A model generated the notes under the pieces. It saw only the letters and a program-made list of their open reading frames with translations, searched no databases and had not been told where the DNA came from. This document shows, piece after piece, positions 57,419-64,000 of a DNA stretch of 64,000 nucleotides. The stretch lies in sequence record MN794232.1; one strand, written 5' to 3'. Made by a program: the position numbers and the translations under genes. Within the stretch, counting starts at the first letter, position 1. Every line of letters begins with the position of its first letter.

Positions 57419-57574
57419 AAATTTATTTTGAAGAACTTAACGTTTTCATTTTTCTATGTGTTAATCTTAACACTCGCTCAAGACATCTTAAACACTAATT
57501 TGTGAAAAAGTTCGTTAAATTCTATCATCACGACAGTACTTAACGAGATACGGTCCTAAGCGTATCAAATTAAT

Positions 57575-57700
57575 TCAGAATGGTGAGACTTGAACTCACT
57601 TCGAGTAATAGCGTAAACTAACAGTTGTTGCCAGAGGCTATCAATTATTCTCTACCGAGTATGTTGCAACTCTGCATTTCCCCATTTCTAGGCATTCTGA
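57575..57700 (-). ncRNA. tRNA-like RNA E (acceptor + T arm, expanded core, no CCA)
   Basis: TCAGAATG/CATTCTGA; GTGAG-TTCAAGT-CTCAC. Confidence 0.6.
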
Positions 57701-57704
57701 AATA

Positions 57705-57780
57705 TGGCACCCCACAGAAGATTCGAACTTCTAACCTGCGCCTTCGTAGGACGCTGCTCTTCCAATTGAGCTAGTAGGGC
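57705..57780 (-). tRNA. tRNA-Arg(ACG)
   Basis: cloverleaf, CCA. Confidence 0.93.
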
Positions 57781-57787
57781 ATTAAAC

Positions 57788-57864
57788 TGGTCCGTGACAA
57801 GCGATTCGAACGCTTAACTTCTCCGCCCCAAACGGAGTACTCTACCAGATTGAGCTAGTCACGG
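57788..57864 (-). tRNA. tRNA-Pro(TGG)
   Basis: cloverleaf, CCA. Confidence 0.93.
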
Positions 57865-57873
57865 ATTTTAAAT

Positions 57874-57947
57874 TGGTCGGGACGAAGAGACTCGAACTCT
57901 TACCACATGCTCCCAAAGCATGAACGCTACCTTTACGCCACGTCCCG
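57874..57947 (-). tRNA. tRNA-Pro(TGG), second copy
   Basis: cloverleaf, CCA. Confidence 0.92.
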
Positions 57948-58079
57948 TTTGTTCTTTAACTTTGTTTATCATACTCTGCTTTCAAAGTACGTTAAACAAA
58001 ATTTTTGATTTTCTTTCGCCCATAAAAAAGGACGCTACGTGCGTCCTCAAGTATACTTCTATGTTATACTATTGGACTA

Positions 58080-58206
58080 CGTTTGTGGAGACCACTCTTG
58101 TTTCGCACACGGATTCGCTAGATACACAAATTCTGAGCGCAGAAAATCGCTGCGTAAAATCATATCAGAATGTGTATTCGAATGTGTCATGGAAACTCTC
58201 TAAACG
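58080..58206 (-). ncRNA. candidate rod-shaped ncRNA
   Basis: nested stems CGTTT/AAACG, ATACACA/TGTGTAT, TTCTGA/TCAGAA, CGCAG/CTGCG; downstream terminator at about 58025-58049. Confidence 0.5.
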
Positions 58207-58315
58207 TTAAAATAAAAATGTTTTTGTTTGTATAATAGTACTTATAACACCAAATTTGACGATTTGCGGTATTTTCGCAGAAAATTGAAAAAAAAATCAA
58301 CTTTCTGCGATTTTC

Positions 58316-58561
58316 TTATCGACCTAGGTGTTTTCGCTTGTTCATTTCAACGAGGATTTCATCGTTGTAATGACGGTTCAGTTCAACATACTTCTTGTGC
58401 TGATCTGAAGTCAACTCGTTGGTGTCATTCAGATGTTTCAAGAATCCAAGAGGTTTGCGAAACGACTTGCGATATTCGTTCAGACGCTCGTCCGTTAGAT
58501 TATGCAGTTGTTTCGGAGTCAGTAACGTTTTATTGATGTCAAAACTCATGTTGTACCTCAC
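58316..58561 (-). CDS. hypothetical protein
   Basis: GAGG RBS before MSFD. Confidence 0.6.
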   Translation of the reverse strand: MRYNMSFDINKTLLTPKQLHNLTDERLNEYRKSFRKPLGFLKHLNDTNELTSDQHKKYVELNRHYNDEILVEMNKRKHLGR

Positions 58562-58574
58562 TTGTTATTAAAAT

Positions 58575-58690
58575 TGGTAGTCGGGGCTGGATTCGAACCA
58601 GCGACCACGTGCTTAACAGGCAATTGAAGGAGTGCTGGAGCGATACTTGACAGTATCATTCTTCGTGCTCTACCACTGAGCTACCCGACT
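58575..58690 (-). ncRNA. tRNA-Asn-like RNA A with 41-nt insertion in anticodon stem
   Basis: removing the insert gives a perfect 75-nt tRNA-Asn(GTT) with CCA. Confidence 0.85.
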
Positions 58691-58695
58691 ATGAA

Positions 58696-59217
58696 TTATT
58701 TAACTTTGAACTTCAAATTACGCCAGTCAAAGTTTCGTTTGTTCTTTGTGTTGTAGAACGTGCCCCAATCAATAGCAATCGGACAGTTCTTACTACCTAC
58801 ACGAGCGATAAAGACATCGTGAGTCTCGCTGTAACGCTCTCTAAGCTCTTTTAAACGCTTATCGTAGTTAGCGATATACTCTGCACACGCTTTGTTGTAA
58901 GCTGCTTTAGAGAAGCGTTCGTCACTCGAAAATACATTACCCAGATAAGGTCGAATAACACGAACTCGTTCTTTAGACCAACCCATACTAAAGCTGTTTT
59001 CAATCTCACCTGAGATTTCACCAGTCTTCTTACATCTAGCAAGAATGACCCAGCAACGTTCACGCCGAAAATCTTTTCGTACGTACACGTTAACGTGCTT
59101 GTCAATGTACTCTTGATAACGAGCGTTATACTCAGCACGCAGTTTATTGCGCACTTCAGGCGACATTGCAGCCCGTTCTTCTTTCGAAAACGCTTGTGCG
59201 AATTTCAATGGTTTCAT
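58696..59217 (-). CDS. hypothetical basic protein
   Basis: GAGGA RBS, start MKPL. Confidence 0.65.
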   Translation of the reverse strand: MKPLKFAQAFSKEERAAMSPEVRNKLRAEYNARYQEYIDKHVNVYVRKDFRRERCWVILARCKKTGEISGEIENSFSMGWSKERVRVIRPYLGNVFSSDERFSKAAYNKACAEYIANYDKRLKELRERYSETHDVFIARVGSKNCPIAIDWGTFYNTKNKRNFDWRNLKFKVK

Positions 59218-59230
59218 TATAATTTCCTCT

Positions 59231-59470
59231 TGGCGCCGCTCGTGTGAATCGAACACACGTCAAACACAACACCTCGTCCACCCAATTAGAGTTTCGAAGT
59301 AAGAGCTAATCAGCATTTCGGAGCAGTCGAGCGTTATTTCTACGAGTGAGCTTTCGACAACTCACACGCACTTTCTACCCGGTCCCAGTGATTCGGTACC
59401 AACGCAGGTTGCGAACCTACGTCTGCACTAATGCTGGGAAAACACTGCGTATTGTACACCAGTTAGCGGC
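59231..59470 (-). ncRNA. 240-nt RNA I with tRNA-like ends and CCA
   Basis: GCCGCT/AGCGGC-G-CCA; GTGTG-TTCGATT-CACAC. Confidence 0.75.
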
Positions 59471-59472
59471 AT

Positions 59473-59703
59473 TTAAAGATAGCTATCAAAGACAGCATCA
59501 TCAACTTCTTCAATATTGATGTCAGCGTAACACTCATTCGCAATTGCTTGAATTTCATCTATTGAAACTGTACCTGCGTACAATACAACAGCGTCGTTCG
59601 GAATCACGACATCACACATGTATTTGTTAAACATTGCAGTTCTGAAATCAGAATCAACAGAGTAACCGTGCATTGATGTGATAACTAGCAATTTATGTGA
59701 CAT
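59473..59703 (-). CDS. hypothetical protein
   Basis: GAGGA RBS; upstream TTGACA promoter. Confidence 0.65.
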   Translation of the reverse strand: MSHKLLVITSMHGYSVDSDFRTAMFNKYMCDVVIPNDAVVLYAGTVSIDEIQAIANECYADINIEEVDDAVFDSYL

Positions 59704-59782
59704 AATGTTTTCCTCGTGTAGTTGATAATGTGTATACTACACGTTGATGAAACGCCTGTCAACAACTTTTTCAAATTATTTT

Positions 59783-59859
59783 TGGTAGCCCCTCTCGGAT
59801 TCGAACCGAGAACCTGACGATTATGAGTCGTCTGCTACTACCGTTACAGCTAAGGGGCT
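59783..59859 (-). tRNA. tRNA-Ile2-like (CAT)
   Basis: AGCCCCT acceptor and GACTCATAATCG arm resemble enterobacterial Ile2. Confidence 0.8.
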
Positions 59860-60226
59860 ATCGTTCTAGAAATCTACCGACTTTAGCAGCGAAGATGTTT
59901 GCTTCTTCTGCAATCAAAGCAGTTGATTTCATTTGATGAAAAGCGTCTTGTTGATGCAGAACATCTAGTTTACCAGCGCATTTCATCAGTTCTTTTACTG
60001 ATTGCATAATCTCAATGTTATCAAGCTGACTCGTGTCAGGGTGATGATTGAGACTATCCAAGACAGGGAGTACTTGTTGATAGTAACCCATGCCGATGAA
60101 GTTTATCATAAGTCTGTACTGCATTTCAACAGCAAATGTACAATATTTTCGAAGATTGCGTTTTACAATCTCACAGCGATGTAAGATACAATCAAGTTCG
60201 TCATTTATGTCATCAAACTTATTCAT
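59858..60226 (-). CDS. hypothetical protein
   Basis: GAGG RBS, start MNKFDD. Confidence 0.6.
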   Translation of the reverse strand: MNKFDDINDELDCILHRCEIVKRNLRKYCTFAVEMQYRLMINFIGMGYYQQVLPVLDSLNHHPDTSQLDNIEIMQSVKELMKCAGKLDVLHQQDAFHQMKSTALIAEEANIFAAKVGRFLER

Positions 60227-60240
60227 AAAACCTCGAAAAT

Positions 60241-60360
60241 TGGTGGAGAGTGATGGATTTGAACCACCGACCAAAAGATTTACCAGTTAAGGTTTGCAGC
60301 ATGAATGCTTGTCAGTATTCTTTAACATTCTTTTGCTCTACCAGACTGAGCTAACTCTCC
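60241..60360 (-). ncRNA. tRNA-like RNA B with 50-nt structured anticodon loop
   Basis: canonical acceptor, D and T arms and CCA; AAAGA/TCTTT stem encloses module. Confidence 0.85.
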
Positions 60361-60365
60361 ATTGT

Positions 60366-60476
60366 ATTACTACTTTGTTTCGCTTGTCAGGGCGTCGAAA
60401 CGCTACCTAACCAAGGATTCGAACCTTTTAACCAACACCTCGCGAAAATTATTTTTCTCGTTGGCAAAGTAGTAAT
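60366..60476 (-). ncRNA. second permuted tRNA mimic RNA J
   Basis: 12-bp terminal stem, hairpin, AAGG-TTCGAAT-CCTT T arm, UUCG-capped hairpin. Confidence 0.6.
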
Positions 60477-60487
60477 GTAAAAACATA

Positions 60488-60613
60488 TAGTTGCGGGTGC
60501 AGGATTCGAACCTACATCACGATCTTATGAATGATATGCGAAATTGATTGCCGTACAGATTCTTATCAGAATCAGTTTTGTGCTACGTGTGCTACCACTT
60601 ACACCAACCCGCA
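60488..60613 (-). ncRNA. tRNA-like RNA C with module insertion
   Basis: D and T arms canonical; 15-bp terminal stem 60484-60621; ends ACTA, not CCA. Confidence 0.8.
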
Positions 60614-60882
60614 ACTATATGCTTTCGGGATGCTTACGCAGGTTCTTCTCTACGTAAGCACAGTTCCTCAATGTATATTTTGCCTTAGCCAATCACAACA
60701 CAACCCAACCCAATATCGTGCGCTTTAATTACGGGATTGATGACCCGTTCGCATGTGATTAGCGTAAAAGTATGATTACGCACCTTTTCTTCTTCAATGT
60801 CCAAGGCAAAGAGGACTATGAATACTAGTGCGAGAAGATATACAATCAAATTGCTCACCTCGCTTAATAAGTGAGAGTACAT

Positions 60883-61005
60883 TGGTCGAGTGTAACGGAA
60901 TCGAACCGTTCCCACGATCTCCCTATGATATGCGTAAATTGGTTGCTGAATATAATCATGTCTGATTACAGTATGCTACGTGTGCTGCCACTACACCAAC
61001 ACTCG
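60883..61005 (-). ncRNA. tRNA-like RNA D with module insertion
   Basis: paralog of C; CCA present; 21-bp perfect inverted repeat 60873-60893/60999-61019. Confidence 0.82.
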
Positions 61006-61020
61006 ACCAATGTACTCTCG

Positions 61021-61172
61021 ATATTTTAAATGTGCGCTACTTGCACGCCGACTGAGCGAATTTTAACTCAGCTAGTTTTTGATTGAGACCTCGTCCGCTA
61101 AGACTATTCCCTGCACGCCAGAACTTATACTGGCTCTATGTATTCATTGCGGCTAACGCACATTTAAAATAT
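61021..61172 (-). ncRNA. candidate 152-nt structured RNA
   Basis: 16-bp perfect closing stem, internal GCCAG/CTGGC and CTGAG/CTCAG hairpins; strand inferred from cluster. Confidence 0.55.
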
Positions 61173-61284
61173 TACTCATCTTCAGCGAAGAGACAGAAAC
61201 GATGAGTCTAGTCTGTTTAATCAATGTTGTTCATCTTCAAGAAGAGGCGAGAACGATGAACTCAGCTCGCTTAATCAACTGTGT

Positions 61285-61410
61285 TAATCTTATCAGCTTC
61301 TCAGCGAAAGTCAACATCTTTTTCAAATATTTCATCGAGTTGAAAGTTTGTTTTCTGTCTCTCGACTCGATGAAATACATTCTACATCCTTTTCAGATGA
61401 AGTCAACAAC
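61285..61410 (-). promoter_or_regulatory. tandem sigma70-type promoters heading the tRNA/ncRNA cluster
   Basis: TTGACT-17-TAGAAT and TTGACT..TAAGAT with A-rich UP regions. Confidence 0.65.
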
Positions 61411-61422
61411 TATTTTAACTTT

Positions 61423-61677
61423 TTAAACGGAAATGATAATGCCGCTTTCAGTCTCACCTCGTTCAAGCGCAGCGTGCTTGATCTGAAGTTGTGATACTGC
61501 TTGCTGAAGTTCAATAATAGCTTTGTCATAAAGCTTGTTGTTCTCTTTAAGCAAAGCAATCTGATCGGTCTGCATACCAATGATGTACGTTAGTAGAACA
61601 ACGTTCTCATCAGTCGTCAGCGTTTCAGGCGCTTCATTGTACTTCTTCAGCACCGCTTCGGTAGATAGATCAGTCAT
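61423..61677 (-). CDS. hypothetical coiled-coil protein
   Basis: coupled to 57B. Confidence 0.65.
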   Translation of the reverse strand: MTDLSTEAVLKKYNEAPETLTTDENVVLLTYIIGMQTDQIALLKENNKLYDKAIIELQQAVSQLQIKHAALERGETESGIIISV

Positions 61678-62125
61678 TATTAGCAACCCATTCTAGATCT
61701 AGTGGTTCGATATATTCATCGACAAGGCGAACCTCTGTATTGATGAACATAGGTGTGATTACGTCGTCATAAGATAATGTGACGTGCGGAGTATAGTCAG
61801 GGTAATCGTGAGTACCACCGATAGAGATAAGGTCTTCGTGACGTTCTACAAGAGCAGGACATGACATCTTAGCAACGACCGCGTGTTTACCGTCTTGCGT
61901 TTTCCAACAGTCAACTTGTTCAACAGTGGCAACGAAAGTGGTATCTACAACAGGCACATCAATTTGCTTACGACTATAAAGCACAGTCACGTGAAATTTA
62001 TCTGGATCTAACGGATTTTTTAGACGAAGCGTTTTTTGCAAGCGAACTAGCTCTTGCTTACTTGCTTCGTCTAATTTGATACCAACGTAAGTTCCCTGAC
62101 TCTCAAGGAACTTAGATAGTTTCAT
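61670..62125 (-). CDS. 57B: gp57B / Acb1-like 2H phosphoesterase
   Basis: two HxT motifs (HVTVLYS, HVTLSY); synteny with 57A and 1. Confidence 0.88.
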   Translation of the reverse strand: MKLSKFLESQGTYVGIKLDEASKQELVRLQKTLRLKNPLDPDKFHVTVLYSRKQIDVPVVDTTFVATVEQVDCWKTQDGKHAVVAKMSCPALVERHEDLISIGGTHDYPDYTPHVTLSYDDVITPMFINTEVRLVDEYIEPLDLEWVANND

Positions 62126-62391
62126 TATTCAGCTTCTTTCTCTTTTTCGCCGTCGCCTTCTACAGGGCGTTCAGCTTTACCGGTTAGATAAGCGACTTCA
62201 TCAACATAGTTCTGTAGAGAACTTGCTTTTTCTTGATCGAAGTCTAGCAGTTGAGCTAGTACACCAACGAATTGACCAAATGAATTGCGTTCAGCTTGAA
62301 GTGCTTCTTGCAAGTCAAATGTACGAACTTTCAGATCTTTGATTTGCGCTTCTTTCTGTTCGATTACTTGTTCTGGAGTTTGTTGTGACAT
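62125..62391 (-). CDS. 57A: tail fibre chaperone gp57A
   Basis: MSQQTPEQ...LKVRTFDLQ similar to T4 gp57A; synteny. Confidence 0.8.
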   Translation of the reverse strand: MSQQTPEQVIEQKEAQIKDLKVRTFDLQEALQAERNSFGQFVGVLAQLLDFDQEKASSLQNYVDEVAYLTGKAERPVEGDGEKEKEAE

Positions 62392-62400
62392 TTCTTCACC

Positions 62401-63039
62401 TTAAAATAATTTGTTGATTTGTTCATGTAGTTCTTCAAGAGAACCATTATTGTCTATTTGAATTGCGTCTTCAATAAAACCCAATTCAGTATCGCTAACG
62501 TGATTAGATGCAAGCGAACCTTCTCGGTTAACTTGAAGCATCGTGCCACCAAGCTCTTGTACCAATTCTAATTCGTTTTGAAAACGAACATCAGTGATTA
62601 TAAACACCAAATCCGGGTTTTTAAACACTAGCTCATTGTATTTATTACGTGCGTAATTGATCCAATGTTGTTCATCAAGCGAACGTGCAACGTCAGTGCC
62701 AGTCATTTGCAGTAAATCACGAATGCTGAACAGTTTCGTGTGAGGGAGCAACGTGTAGTAGACATAATCATAATCAGCGTCTACATTTGCGTACTCACAA
62801 CAAGTCAAAACAAGTTCAATTGCTTCGTCGAGGGTAAATGTCGGGACTTCTCTATCAAAATTGTTTTGCCCGTCGATGTCTGCATACTCATAGCCATATT
62901 CTTTCAATCCAATGTACAAACCCTCTTTAATCGGGTCTGCAAACTTGTAAATGTAAGCATTATCACTATGAATATCTTGAATGGCTTGAGCTACAGTATC
63001 TTTGCCTGAGCGTTTTTGTCCATTTATTCCTATTATCAT
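62401..63039 (-). CDS. 1: deoxynucleoside monophosphate kinase gp1
   Basis: GQKRSGKDT, FADPIK, RDLLQMTGT, ITDVRF.NE. Confidence 0.93.
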   Translation of the reverse strand: MIIGINGQKRSGKDTVAQAIQDIHSDNAYIYKFADPIKEGLYIGLKEYGYEYADIDGQNNFDREVPTFTLDEAIELVLTCCEYANVDADYDYVYYTLLPHTKLFSIRDLLQMTGTDVARSLDEQHWINYARNKYNELVFKNPDLVFIITDVRFQNELELVQELGGTMLQVNREGSLASNHVSDTELGFIEDAIQIDNNGSLEELHEQINKLF

Positions 63040-63271
63040 AATGAGTTACCAGTCAATAGTGTGTTTCGTCTCTTGATTATACGACGAAAGTGCTATCTTC
63101 TAAACATGCACCAGGCATACTAGTTTCTCTAATATTTCTAATATCTCTAACTTCACTAAAACTACTAATACTACTAAGATGATGCCCAATTTTTGGGCCT
63201 CAAATCCAATCCTGCCGCTTCGCTCTAGATTCAGATACAAAAAAGCCCCGAAAGGGGCTTATTGCTTTTTA

Positions 63272-63805
63272 CTAACCCATATAGGGTGTGATGACTTCTT
63301 CTTTGCCATCGACTTTATGGATCATTTCAAAGTACGAGTATTCAAACTCAACATCACACGTTACAGTTTCAACATCACCTGCTTCAGTGTAGTTCCATTC
63401 AATAGCACTTAGAGACTTTGGAAACGCATTGACAAAGCGATACGTTGCAACAATCTTGTCTTTGTTATTGTCTAAAACATGAAGCAACATAGTAACTGGA
63501 ACAATCCCGTCACTTGTACTAGCACCAGTTGGGTTATTCATAGTGATTAACCACTTGTATAACTCAGCATACGTACGCATTTCTTCATCGACTAGAAACT
63601 GAATAGACAGGTCATCGTAAGATGTACCAGAACCTGCTACATGGTTGTTTGCTAGTTTGGCATACTTGGGACCTCGTGTAATACTTGCAATTTCCATATT
63701 AACACCCGGGATAGTGGCAGTTTGAATCTGCCACTGGAACGTTTGTGTTGCGTTATTATCTGGGATGTCGATTCGGAAATTATTCTTCATCGTCAAGTTT
63801 TTCAT
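63272..63805 (-). CDS. 3: tail completion / sheath stabiliser gp3
   Basis: NFRIDIP...IPGV...YDDLSIQFLVDE.M..Y.ELY.W. Confidence 0.88.
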   Translation of the reverse strand: MKNLTMKNNFRIDIPDNNATQTFQWQIQTATIPGVNMEIASITRGPKYAKLANNHVAGSGTSYDDLSIQFLVDEEMRTYAELYKWLITMNNPTGASTSDGIVPVTMLLHVLDNNKDKIVATYRFVNAFPKSLSAIEWNYTEAGDVETVTCDVEFEYSYFEMIHKVDGKEEVITPYMG

Positions 63806-63999
63806 TAGTTCACGTTACCTCTTGTAGACGGGATCTTAGCTTCACCACTTGTAGTCAATGGACGAGTGAAGTTGGTTGTATTTTGCACTGAGCTTACAGC
63901 GTTGTTGACGAAGTTCGTCCCAACTTCTTTTGTTTGCTGTGCTGCTCTGTATGCTGCTTCACGCGCTGCTACAGCTTCTAAGATTACTGAACGCTTAAT
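63805..63999 (-). CDS. partial CDS (C-terminus) running off the window
   Basis: open frame ending ...STRGNVN-TAA overlapping gp3 ATG. Confidence 0.6.
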   Translation of the reverse strand: MKRSVILEAVAAREAAYRAAQQTKEVGTNFVNNAVSSVQNTTNFTRPLTTSGEAKIPSTRGNVN

Positions 64000-64000
64000 C

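Noticed and set aside
58575-61005. Group I intron explanation for the tRNA insertions
   Set aside because: Inserts are 41-50 nt, lack P/Q/R/S core sequences and are not at the usual anticodon-loop sites.

Overview
A 64-kb segment of a large T4-like (Straboviridae) myophage; gene content and order most resemble KVP40/nt-1-type vibriophages (inferred from recall, not from a search). Left (1-22 kb): early hypothetical genes, two tandem 2OG-Fe(II) oxygenases, a late-promoter operon headed by a Ser/Thr-rich protein followed by glycosyltransferase-like, QueC-like, PRTase-like and radical SAM genes, nadV, and a second GT4/radical SAM module. Middle (22-36.5 kb): nrdA, nrdB, glutaredoxin, SLT-like protein, AAA ATPase, topoisomerase gp52, queE, an ART-fold protein, an M15 peptidase, phoH, asiA and a Tad2/DUF2829 homolog. 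37-52 kb: two paralogous distal tail fibres with S74 chaperones, a YkuK RNase H-like gene, a TROVE-like DUF2828/vWA gene, a cyclic-phosphate receiver-domain gene, two antisense homing endonucleases and a fibre-like gene with an N-terminal foldon. 52-61.2 kb: a minus-strand cluster of 28 tRNA genes covering all 20 amino acids, interleaved with many structured non-coding elements; then 57B (Acb1-like), 57A, gp1 and gp3. Main discovery candidate: a family of tRNA-mimic ncRNAs. Some are tRNAs with a 41-50 nt module grafted into the anticodon arm, some are circularly permuted YrlA-like forms, and one is a 240-nt CCA-ended RNA. Most share a bulged CAGCAA-like motif, and the same motif lies between the SD and start codon of the TROVE-like gene, suggesting an undescribed phage Ro60/Y-RNA-like RNP system with autoregulation. 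Second candidate: a virion-protein glycosylation/modification operon acting on the Ser/Thr-rich protein. All RNA folds were derived by eye.
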